A stretch of DNA of 64,000 bases. Source: a candidate division WOR-3 bacterium (GTDB lineage: Bacteria; Hydrothermota; Hydrothermia; UBA1063; CAJXJZ01). Positions within the stretch are counted from its first letter, which is position 1. The number at the start of each line of letters is the position of its first letter. The stretch spans positions 69,622 through 133,621 of the forward strand of contig JALSNX010000004.1 in the NCBI GenBank assembly GCA_026986775.1, given 5' to 3'. The notes under the pieces are model-generated. The model was not told the DNA's origin. It was given only the letters and a program-made list of their open reading frames with translations, and did not search any database. The translations under genes and the position numbers were made by a program. Of the stretch, positions 11,014 through 20,500 are shown piece after piece.

Positions 11014-12930
11014 ATGGCAATTTTTAAATTCCCGGGCGGGAAAACGAAAGAGATTGATGATATTGAGGGTAAAACCATTATTGATGTGGTGGGCAGGCGA
11101 AAGGATTACCTTGTGGCCATTGTGGATGGTGTACCTAAAGATCTCACTTACAGGCTTACAGGCAGGGAAAATGAGATAGAGATCTGTGATTTCGCACACC
11201 CTGTTGGAAGGGAAACTTACTGGCATACGAGTTCACATATTCTTGCGCAGGCTGTCAAAGAACTCTTTCCCCATGTGAAGGTTACGATAGGGCCTGCCAT
11301 AGAAAATGGATTTTATTATGACTTTGATACAGGTGGATATGCATTTACACCAGAGGACCTTGTAAGAATAGAAGACAGAATGCGGGATATAATAAAGAGA
11401 GATCTTCCTATAAAAAGAAAGGAAATTTCTCGAAAAGAAGCCATAGAATTTTTCAAAAATCTGGGCGAAGAATATAAGGTTGAATTACTTGAAGAGATAG
11501 ATGCGGATACTGTTTCTATATATGAACAGGACGGTTTCAGTGACCTCTGCCGTGGTCCCCATCTTCCGTCAACAGGATATGTCAGGGCTGTCAAGGTATT
11601 GTCTTCCTCTGGAAGTTACTGGCGTGGAGATGAGCACAATGCCCGACTTCAGAGGATATACGGTATATCCTTCCCAAAAAAATCCATGCTTGACGAATAT
11701 CTTAAGAGGATTGAGGAGGCAAAGAAAAGGGATCACAGAAAATTGGGAAAAGAACTTGATTTATTCTCCATTCAGGAAGAGGTGGGTCCTGGACTTATAC
11801 TGTGGCATCCCAGAGGCGCTACCATCAGAATGGTAATAGAAGATTTCTGGAGAAAAGAGCATATAAAGAGAGGGTATCAGCTTGTTTATACGCCGCATGT
11901 GGGCAGGGCCAATCTCTGGCAGACATCCGGACATCTTGACTTTTACAGGGAGAACATGTTCCCTGTGATGAAGGTGGATGAGCAGGAATACTTTGTAAAA
12001 CCCATGAACTGTCCATTTCACATACTTATTTATAAGTCCAGACTCAGAAGTTACAGAGATTTTCCTATAAAGTATGCTGAATTAGGTACGGTTTACAGAT
12101 ATGAAAAGTCAGGAGTGTTGCATGGTCTTTTACGTGTGAGAGGATTTACGCAGGACGACGCCCATATATTTGCAAGAGCTGATCAGGTGGAAGAGGAGAT
12201 AAAGAAGGTTCTTGAATTTACTCTATTTATGCTCAAGAGCTTTGGATTTGAGGATTTCAGTGTTTACATTTCAACCATGCCTGAAAAGCATGTGGGTTCA
12301 GTGGAAATGTGGGCTCTTGCCACCAATTCTCTCAAAAAAGCGGCAGATGAAATGGGACTTAGTTATGAGATTGATGAAGGTGCTGGTGCCTTTTACGGCC
12401 CAAAAATAGATGTGGTGATAAAGGATGCCCTTGGCAGAGAGTGGCAGTGCTCCACAATACAGTTTGACTTCAATCTGCCTGAGAGATTTGATATTACTTA
12501 CAGAGATAAAGATGGAAAGGAAAAACGACCCTACATGATTCACAGAGCGCTTCTTGGTTCTTTTGAGAGGTTCCTTGGTACGTTAATAGAGCACTACAGT
12601 GGTAATCTTCCTGTCTGGCTTTCTCCCACTCAGGTGAGGGTTCTTCCAATAAGCGAGGAGAACGTTGAGTTTGCCAGAAAGGTTTATGAAATACTGATTA
12701 CTCATGATATAAGGGTGGAACTGGACGATAGAAACGAAAAGATTGGCTATAAGATAAGAGAAGCAGAGAACTTAAAGGTTCCCTATATGCTTGTTATCGG
12801 AAGAAAAGAGGAAAGTATGAATGGCGTGTCTCTCAGGGTGCATGGAGTAGGTGACAGGGGCTTTATTAAAGTTGATGAGTTTCTGAAATATATAAAAGAG
12901 AAAATTGAGAAAAAGGAGGTAGGATATTAG
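11014..12930 (+). CDS. thrS: threonine--tRNA ligase
   Basis: TGS N-domain, class II aaRS motifs (FRDF...[13 protein letters not shown]) and an anticodon-binding C-terminal domain; 638 aa. Confidence 0.95.
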   Translation: MAIFKFPGGKTKEIDDIEGKTIIDVVGRRKDYLVAIVDGVPKDLTYRLTGRENEIEICDFAHPVGRETYWHTSSHILAQAVKELFPHVKVTIGPAIENGFYYDFDTGGYAFTPEDLVRIEDRMRDIIKRDLPIKRKEISRKEAIEFFKNLGEEYKVELLEEIDADTVSIYEQDGFSDLCRGPHLPSTGYVRAVKVLSSSGSYWRGDEHNARLQRIYGISFPKKSMLDEYLKRIEEAKKRDHRKLGKELDLFSIQEEVGPGLILWHPRGATIRMVIEDFWRKEHIKRGYQLVYTPHVGRANLWQTSGHLDFYRENMFPVMKVDEQEYFVKPMNCPFHILIYKSRLRSYRDFPIKYAELGTVYRYEKSGVLHGLLRVRGFTQDDAHIFARADQVEEEIKKVLEFTLFMLKSFGFEDFSVYISTMPEKHVGSVEMWALATNSLKKAADEMGLSYEIDEGAGAFYGPKIDVVIKDALGREWQCSTIQFDFNLPERFDITYRDKDGKEKRPYMIHRALLGSFERFLGTLIEHYSGNLPVWLSPTQVRVLPISEENVEFARKVYEILITHDIRVELDDRNEKIGYKIREAENLKVPYMLVIGRKEESMNGVSLRVHGVGDRGFIKVDEFLKYIKEKIEKKEVGY

Positions 12931-13531
12931 TCCAATAAAAGGTTTCAGACCACAGGATAGACGTCCTCAGAGGGACAAGGAAAAGTATCAGGTGAACGAG
13001 AGAATCAGAGTAAAAGAGGTAAGGGTCATTGGTCCTGACGGAAAACAACTGGGCATAATGAGTACGAGAGATGCTCTGGAAATGGCCTATGATATGGGGC
13101 TTGACCTTGTGCTTATTGCTCCAAATGTAAGACCTCCGGTAGCGAAGATTCTGGATTACGGCAAGTTTAAGTATGAAGAAAAGAAACGCATGAAACAGGC
13201 AAAAAAGAAGTCTCATGGTGAGGTTAAAGAGATTTCCATGAGGCCCAACATTGGTGATAATGACCTTAAGGTCAAACTCAAGAAAATGAGGGAGTTCTTT
13301 GATGATGGGGCAAAGGTGAAAGTACGTATATTTTTCCGTGGTAGAGAGATGGTTCATACTGACAGAGGATTTGACCTTGCTGACAGGATCGTAAAAGAAC
13401 TGGAGGGGGAGGCGGCTTTAGAAGTAAAGCCAAAACTTGAAGGTAGAAATTTAACATTTATGTTAAGACCAATTAGAAAACAGGGAGGTAAGAAAAATGC
13501 CGAAAATGAAGACCAGAAGAGCGGCAGCTAA
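12926..13531 (+). CDS. infC: translation initiation factor IF-3, probable AUU start
   Basis: Homology ([29 protein letters not shown]) extends upstream of the track's GTG. The frame opens right after a TAG. In-frame ATT at 12926 sits 5 nt after AAGGAGGT and overlaps the thrS stop. Confidence 0.8.
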   Translation: MSPIKGFRPQDRRPQRDKEKYQVNERIRVKEVRVIGPDGKQLGIMSTRDALEMAYDMGLDLVLIAPNVRPPVAKILDYGKFKYEEKKRMKQAKKKSHGEVKEISMRPNIGDNDLKVKLKKMREFFDDGAKVKVRIFFRGREMVHTDRGFDLADRIVKELEGEAALEVKPKLEGRNLTFMLRPIRKQGGKKNAENEDQKSGS

Positions 13532-13700
13532 AAGATTTGAGGTCACAGGAAGTGGCAAGATTAGAAGGAGAAAGGCTTATAAAAGCCACCTTCTTTCAGA
13601 TAAAACAAGAAAGAGAAAGAGGAATTTGAAGAAAAAAGCAGTGGTGACAAAGGCTGATGAGAAGAGAGTAAGGGTGGCCCTGCCCTATATTAAAAAGTAG
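13497..13700 (+). CDS. rpmI: 50S ribosomal protein L35
   Basis: [14 protein letters not shown]... N-terminus; 67 aa; overlaps the infC 3' end. Confidence 0.9.
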   Translation: MPKMKTRRAAAKRFEVTGSGKIRRRKAYKSHLLSDKTRKRKRNLKKKAVVTKADEKRVRVALPYIKK

Positions 13701-14648
13701 ATGATAGAAGAGGCAAGGGGTAAGAAAATAGCCGTCCTCTATGGAGGATGGTCCTCAGAAAGGGAAGTATCTTTAAGGTCAGGGCGAAATGTCTATGAGG
13801 CATTGTTGCGTCTTGGTTACGAAAATGTGATACTTATTGATGTCAAAAGGACCATATCAGAGGATTTGAAAAGAGAAGGGGTTGATATAGCCCTCATAAT
13901 GCTTCATGGAAATCCTGGAGAGGACGGCAGCATTCAGGGACTTCTGGAAATAATGGGTATCCCCTATACGGGATCCGGTGTTGTTGCCTCCTCTGTGGGA
14001 ATAGACAAGTTTATTACAAAGCATGTTCTTTGGAGTCTGGGTATACCTTCTCCGCCGGCCGTCTTTGTTGCAAAGGGGGACAAAGTAGCTGATAGAATAA
14101 GAGAAGCAGAGGCTAAATTCGGTTATCCTGTGATAGTGAAACCGCGAAAGGAAGGCTCATCCGTTGGTGTGGCAATAGCAAGGACACATGAGGATCTGAT
14201 TGAAAAGGTTGAAAAAGACCTGAATCTTTATGGGGATGTTCTCATTGAAAAGTATATAGATGGAAAGAGTGTTACAGTGGGAATCCTTGGTACTGGAAAG
14301 AATGCCTTTTGTGTTCCCTCTCTGGAATTAAGGGTTAGGGGACGCGATTTTTACGATTATACCGCTAAATACACAGAAGGTTACACAGAATTTATCATCC
14401 CTGCTGAAATTCCTGCCAGGTCTGATGAAAAACTAAAAGAATATGCACTATTATTTTATAATACCATTGGAGGCAAAGGATTTGCAAGGGTGGATGCAGT
14501 TGTTGATAAAGACGGTAAAGTTTATGTACTTGAAATAAACACCATTCCAGGTATGACCAATCTATCTGATCTGCCAAAGGAAGCAGAGAAGATGGGTATA
14601 TCATACGATGAGGTTGTGGAATACATTTTAAAATCAGCATTTGAATAG
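13701..14648 (+). CDS. ddl: D-alanine--D-alanine ligase
   Basis: ATP-grasp fold; N-terminal KIAVLYGGWSSEREVSLRSG; the C-terminal EINTIPGMT motif. Confidence 0.9.
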   Translation: MIEEARGKKIAVLYGGWSSEREVSLRSGRNVYEALLRLGYENVILIDVKRTISEDLKREGVDIALIMLHGNPGEDGSIQGLLEIMGIPYTGSGVVASSVGIDKFITKHVLWSLGIPSPPAVFVAKGDKVADRIREAEAKFGYPVIVKPRKEGSSVGVAIARTHEDLIEKVEKDLNLYGDVLIEKYIDGKSVTVGILGTGKNAFCVPSLELRVRGRDFYDYTAKYTEGYTEFIIPAEIPARSDEKLKEYALLFYNTIGGKGFARVDAVVDKDGKVYVLEINTIPGMTNLSDLPKEAEKMGISYDEVVEYILKSAFE

Positions 14649-14650
14649 CC

Positions 14651-15949
14651 ATGATAGATGACAGCAAGTTGTTCAGAAACAGAGGAGAGGAAGGGCGTCC
14701 AGAGGTGATGCCCAGGGCACCTGAGAATGTGGAGGAGACAGGATTAAAACAGGATTTTATTGAAGAATTAATTCTTAAGTTTTTATACTACAAAGGTACA
14801 CTGTCCGGCAGTGAACTGGAAAATTCTATAAGGCTACCATATTTTGGGGTGCTTGATAAAGCACTCAAAGAACTGCGCAATCTTACACTGGTGGATGTAA
14901 AGAGGGGTATTTCAATTATTGAGTTACAGTGGGAGTTTACACTTACAGGTAAAGGTGTGGAAAGAGCCAAAGAGGCACTTGAGAGAAACGGATATGTGGG
15001 ACCTGCGCCAGTGCCGCTGCACACATATTTTGAGGTTTATAAAAAATACAGCAAGATTCTGCCTCTCAAGAAAGAAAAGGTCAGGGAATCACTCAGTGGT
15101 CTTATCTTTGATGACGAGACACTTAAAAAGGTAGGTATAGCCTTTCTGTCTGCTAAATCTGCCTTTCTCTATGGCGAACCGGGTAATGGTAAAACGTCAC
15201 TTGTTGAGGCAATAGCAAAAGTCATGGAAGGACACGTTCTTGTTCCCTATGCCATAGAGGTGTCAGGGCAGATTATTAGATTCTATGACCCCATGCACCA
15301 TAAGGAGATAGATATAGGACAGGGTGACAGGTACGACAAAAGGTGGATACCAATAAAAAGGCCTTTTGTTGAAGTGGGAGGAGAATTAAGGCTTGAAAAC
15401 CTTGAGCTTGCCTTTAATCCCGAGACCAATGAGTATCTTGCTCCTCTGCAGATGAAGGCAAATGGAGGCATCATGCTTGTTGATGACTTTGGACGGCAGC
15501 AAGTAAAGCCAGAGGACCTGTTAAACAGATGGATAGTTCCCCTTGAAAAGGGTGTTGACTATTATAATCTCAGAACAGGTGAACAGATAGCATTTCCATT
15601 TCTCGCAAAGGTTGTATTTTCAACGAACCTCACTGTAAGTGACCTTGTGGACGAGGCATTTTTGAGAAGAATTCCATTTAAGATACACATTAAGAACCCC
15701 ACAAGGGAGCTTTTTATAATAATTTTCAGGATGTACTGTGAGAAGTTTGAAATAGAATACAATGAAGAAAAACTGAATGCATTTATTGATAAATATTACA
15801 AAACAAGACCCATGCGCGGCTCACATGCCAGAGACCTCTTATTTTATATAAAGGCCCTTGCTTACTACCTTGATACAGAACCCAGCCTTGATTATCTTGA
15901 TGAAGCAGCAAAGAATCTGTTTGCTGAGGAGGAAGAGTTAGGGACCTGA
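14651..15949 (+). CDS. MoxR-like (AAA_5) AAA+ ATPase with N-terminal winged-helix-like extension
   Basis: Walker A GEPGNGKT, Walker B GGIMLVDDFGRQ, then LLNRWIVPLEKG...IAFPF..VVFSTNL...DEAFLRRIPFKIHI, resembling the MoxR/RavA core. Confidence 0.55.
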   Translation: MIDDSKLFRNRGEEGRPEVMPRAPENVEETGLKQDFIEELILKFLYYKGTLSGSELENSIRLPYFGVLDKALKELRNLTLVDVKRGISIIELQWEFTLTGKGVERAKEALERNGYVGPAPVPLHTYFEVYKKYSKILPLKKEKVRESLSGLIFDDETLKKVGIAFLSAKSAFLYGEPGNGKTSLVEAIAKVMEGHVLVPYAIEVSGQIIRFYDPMHHKEIDIGQGDRYDKRWIPIKRPFVEVGGELRLENLELAFNPETNEYLAPLQMKANGGIMLVDDFGRQQVKPEDLLNRWIVPLEKGVDYYNLRTGEQIAFPFLAKVVFSTNLTVSDLVDEAFLRRIPFKIHIKNPTRELFIIIFRMYCEKFEIEYNEEKLNAFIDKYYKTRPMRGSHARDLLFYIKALAYYLDTEPSLDYLDEAAKNLFAEEEELGT

Positions 15950-15982
15950 TATATGAAAGGACCGATACAGGATGTTTTGAAA

Positions 15983-16005
15983 GGGGGCATTCGCCCCCTT
16001 TTCTA
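15983..16005 (+). terminator. rho-independent terminator after the AAA+ gene
   Basis: GGGGGC-ATTC-GCCCCC hairpin followed by TTTTC. Confidence 0.55.
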
Positions 16006-16033
16006 TTTGTAAATCCTCCTTTATTATCTACCT

Positions 16034-16804
16034 ATGCACATAAAAATTGCCTATTATTCAGGAAGTGGAAATACCCAGTACGTTTCTATTTTATTGAGAA
16101 GATTTCTTTCAAAAGGCCATAAGGTTTCCATGTTTTACATCAAAAAGGGCAAAGTTATGGATGATGATTTTGATGCTCTTGTCCTTGGTATGCCCGTTTA
16201 TGCCTACAGGCCCCCACAGACGGTTGTGGATTTTTTAAAAGGACTTTCTGGTAATGGACGTTCAGTGTTTATTTTTATTACAAAAGGCCTTATTTCTGGC
16301 GATGCTGGAAGGATTGCCGCACTTATATTAAAAGAGAGAGGATTTAAGGTAAAGGGTGCAAACGACATTCTCATGGCAGACTCCCTGTTTGTGCTTCTTG
16401 CGAAGAAGGGGTCTTTACTTCATAAAATTATGCTCTTTCCCAATAGAGGAATAGAAAAAAAGGTTGAAAATCTGGCAGAGCACATCCAAAGGAGCCTTAT
16501 AGAAGAAGATGAGTATATTCCCAGAAAGAAGATTTACGTTCCTTTCACTTCACTGATTGCCACAATGTTCTGGAAAAAGGAGAAAATCTGGCAGACTGAA
16601 TTTTTTGCAGATGAACGGTGTGATTTGTGTGGTGCATGTGTTGGCTTATGTCCGACACATAATATTAATATAAAAAACGGGAGAGTTCTGTGGGGAAATG
16701 ACTGTGATTTTTGTATGAGATGTTTACACAGATGTCCGAAACAGGCCATACAGATAGGAAAATACACATTAAAAAGCCCGAGGTATAAAGGTCCTATCAA
16801 CTGA
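16034..16804 (+). CDS. EFR1-family ferredoxin (flavodoxin-like domain fused to 2x[4Fe-4S] ferredoxin)
   Basis: N-terminal flavodoxin-like IAYYSGSGNT; C-terminal CDLCGACVGLCP and CDFCMRCLHRCP clusters. Confidence 0.7.
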   Translation: MHIKIAYYSGSGNTQYVSILLRRFLSKGHKVSMFYIKKGKVMDDDFDALVLGMPVYAYRPPQTVVDFLKGLSGNGRSVFIFITKGLISGDAGRIAALILKERGFKVKGANDILMADSLFVLLAKKGSLLHKIMLFPNRGIEKKVENLAEHIQRSLIEEDEYIPRKKIYVPFTSLIATMFWKKEKIWQTEFFADERCDLCGACVGLCPTHNINIKNGRVLWGNDCDFCMRCLHRCPKQAIQIGKYTLKSPRYKGPIN

Positions 16805-16861
16805 CTTTACTTTACACCCTGAAGGCTTTATAAAATCTAACATAAAATAAAAGGAGTTTTT

Positions 16862-17581
16862 GTGGAGGATATTCTGCTGTCCATTATTATACCTGCCTAT
16901 AACGAAGAAAAGAGAATAAAGGACACACTTTATGATATTATAAGATGGCGTGAGGGGGCTGGTTTTAACTCAGAAATAATCGTAGTGAATGATGGTTCAA
17001 CAGATAGAACTGAAGATATTCTTAGAGAATACACCAGTATCCCCGATTTCAGGATAATTTCTTACAAAACCAACAAGGGTAAGGGGCATGCGGTGATGGT
17101 TGGAATGCTGAAGGCAAAGGGAAAAATTCGTCTTTTCATGGACGCAGATAACTCCACAACCATTGAACATTTTGAGCTCATGCTCCCTCTTTTTGAAAAA
17201 GGATATGACGTGGTTATCGGCTCAAGACATAACAAAGATGCAGAAGGGGCCATGCAGGTTGAACCTCAGTCTTTTATTAAGAGGATTTTAGGGCTCACAG
17301 GCAACTTTTTTATAAGAAAGGTCCTTGAACTTCCTTTTTATGATACTCAGTGTGGATTCAAGGCGTTTAAAGATAAGTCTGCTGTTTTGCTTTTTGGAAA
17401 CCTCAAAACCTATGGTTGGGCTTTTGATATGGAAATTTTGAGAAGGGCATATCTTCTGGGGCTGAAAATAGGGGTTGTCCCTGTTAAGTGGTACAATAAA
17501 GAGGGAAGCAAGGTTAAACCTTTAGATTATTTTAAAACACTGGTGGATGCGATAAAAATAAGAAAAATAACGGAGGTTTGA
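16862..17581 (+). CDS. family 2 glycosyltransferase (dolichyl-phosphate glycosyltransferase-like)
   Basis: GTG start 5 nt after AAGGAG. IIIPAYNEEKRI, VNDGSTDRT and DADN motifs. The stop abuts the A2M start. Confidence 0.85.
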   Translation: MEDILLSIIIPAYNEEKRIKDTLYDIIRWREGAGFNSEIIVVNDGSTDRTEDILREYTSIPDFRIISYKTNKGKGHAVMVGMLKAKGKIRLFMDADNSTTIEHFELMLPLFEKGYDVVIGSRHNKDAEGAMQVEPQSFIKRILGLTGNFFIRKVLELPFYDTQCGFKAFKDKSAVLLFGNLKTYGWAFDMEILRRAYLLGLKIGVVPVKWYNKEGSKVKPLDYFKTLVDAIKIRKITEV

Positions 17582-17582
17582 G

Positions 17583-20500
17583 ATGAGCAGGTTTTTCAAG
17601 GTTCTTATTGGAATTTCGGGGCTTCTGTCGTTGTTCCTTATCATTTACATTCTTTTAAGCAGTAAAAACACCAGGAAAAATTCTACATATTCTGTAACCT
17701 CACAGTTTGAGACAGTAAGCACAGAATCAAACAGTGTTAGTTTTGTTGGATTTAAAGGTCAGGATGAAAGAGCAGGCTTTTATTTCAACACAAGTGGTGA
17801 TGTGGTTTCAAAAACGCTTACAGGTGAGGTGATTCCCTATAATGAAGTAAGAGCGTGTATTAAAACAAATCCAGAGATAAAAGGACATCTTGAGTGGGTG
17901 GATGAGGAGGACTTTGTTTATTACCTTGATGCAGAAATTGAGCTTCCTCTAACTGTAAAATTTACAGTTTCCTGCATACCAGTAAGTAGTGGAATTAAAG
18001 TTGATGTGGAAAAAAAGACATTTAATTTGAGTGTGGGTGTTCTCAATCATTTATGGGTTGATTATATTTCTTTCGGAAAGGCACGTGTAAATTTGAGTTT
18101 TGTTTTACCTCTTAAGGATACCACAAAGGCAAAGGAGTTTATTTCACTTGTTTCTGAAGCAGGAAAAGTAGAGCCTGCGAGAATATACTGGATAAGTGAA
18201 AGGCTGCTTGCACTGGATATAGACCTATCGGATACATCTTTATTTAGAGGAAACGTTGTAATAGATAAAGGGCTTCAATTTAAGGGTAATGTGAAATCCA
18301 GGGAAAAGATTGTTAGAAAGGTGAAGATTATGCCGCTTCACGGATACCTGTGGGTGCAGAGTGTGAGTTTTAAGAGGCAGAATGAGGGTGGATATCTTGT
18401 ATGCCAGTTTAAAGGACAGGGCGGTGCAATACTGCATCTTGGAAAGAATATCAAAGATTACATAAGAATAGAGCCGGAAATTGATTTCAAAGTGACTGTT
18501 CTTGATAACAGGGTTTTTATAAATGCTGGTTTTGAGCCGGGGCAAGAATACACTCTGACAATCAAAAAGGGGCTTGTGTCAGAAGAAGGTTTTGCATTAC
18601 AAAATGACTATATTAAAACGTTTCGGGTTCCCCTCCCCGAGGCAAAACTGAGGTTCCTTGTGCGCGGACTTTATGTGGGAAGGAAAAAGGATATAAAGAT
18701 ACCATTTGCAATAAGGAGGATTAAGAATCTTAGAATGCGGGTGGCGTGGATGCCTCCTGAACATATTCCATTCTATTACTTTGCAGGAGATGGTAGTGTC
18801 TATAATTTCTACAAGTTCGGAAAAGACATAGCGAGGGATGTTAAACTGCCGTATGCCAATAAAGGATATCATGAAAGGGTGGAAAACCTGAATCTATCCC
18901 GAATGGTTAAACTTGACAAACCCGGCATTTATAAAATTACACTCACTGGTGATGTGACGGGCTCTAAATATCGTTATACTGAATCAAGCAGTGTTGTGGT
19001 TTCTATAACGGACCTCGCACTTGTGGCCAAGTATTACGACAAAAAACTGTATGTATGGGTTTTTGATGCAGATAAACTCTCACCTATAAGTGGTGCGGAG
19101 CTTACTGCTTATAGCCCAAACGGTTTTATAATTGGAAAAATGAAAAGTAATAAGTCTGGCATGGCGATACTTAAAGAACAGGATAGTGATCTTGAGCCCT
19201 ATCTGGTGACTGTGAAAAGTGGGGCAAGGTGGAGTTTTATTCCCCTTATACAAACACAGATAGGGACAGAAAAGTATGATGTGGCAGGCATGTATGAAAA
19301 AACACCGTATTCCGCATTTATCTATTCTCAAAGAGACCTGTATCGTCCCGGTGACACAGTTGATTTTAACGTGATTGTCAGAAAAGTGGGATTGTATAAT
19401 GGAGTGAGTATACCGGTGATAGTAAATCTCAAAGACCCACGCGGTAAACTTGTAAGAAAGTATACAGGCACCACAGATGAAAGTGGGTACTTTGGGGGAA
19501 AATACATATCCAATCCCACATCACCTACAGGAAGGTATTCCGTTGAACTATATATTGGAGGAAAGTTCTACACTTCTGAATTCATTAACATAGAGACCTT
19601 TGTTCCGGAACGGATGACGATAAGTATTGATGTAAGGGATAAAATAATAGGTGACAGTATCTACGGTAAATTAAGTGCCATGTATCTTTTTGGCTCTCCA
19701 TGTGCAGGGCTAAAATACAATTTAGAGATCTATGGGAAATCAGAAAGATACAGGTCTTTGAAATACAGGGACTATACCTTTGGTATCCCTCAAAACACAG
19801 AAGAGATGCAATATCTTGACGCTGTGTCGGGAACTCTTGATGAAAAGGGTGAGGCCAGGATGCACTTTGGCCTCAAAGAGTATATAAAGGAAAGGTCCAA
19901 TCCATTTAGAGTGAGGATAATATCTTCTGTCAATGAGTCAACAAGCGGAAGGGGAGCAGAGAAGACAAAAGATGTTGTCGTTTATTCTTCTCCTTACTAT
20001 GTTGGACTGAAATCAAACAAAAAGGCATACAGCGAAGGTGATGATGTTAAAATAGACGGTGTACTGGTTTCGCCGACTGATACGCTCTACAGCGGGACAA
20101 AGTATGTAAGAGTTACCCTCTATAAACTCTACTGGGTTTACTCCTATTATTATGATGATTATGACTATCAGGATGAATTGAGATGGGATAGATGGCAGAA
20201 GATGATGCCTGTTTTTTCCCTGGATAGTGTCCCTGTTAAAGATGGAAGGTTCAGTTTCACATTTAAGTACCCTGAAGGATGGGAAGATTATGTCGTGGAA
20301 GCAAAAACACCTTCAGGAATAAAGGCGAGAAAGCTTCTTGCAAATGAAAGCTGGTGGTGGTATTCAATGGAAGAAAATGAAGTTGAGTCTCCTGAATACC
20401 TGGACATTGTGCTTGAAAAAGATACAGCAGATGAAGACGAAATCATAATAGCAAAAGTCAAATTGCCATTTGAGGGAAAGATTTTATGGGCTTTAGAACT

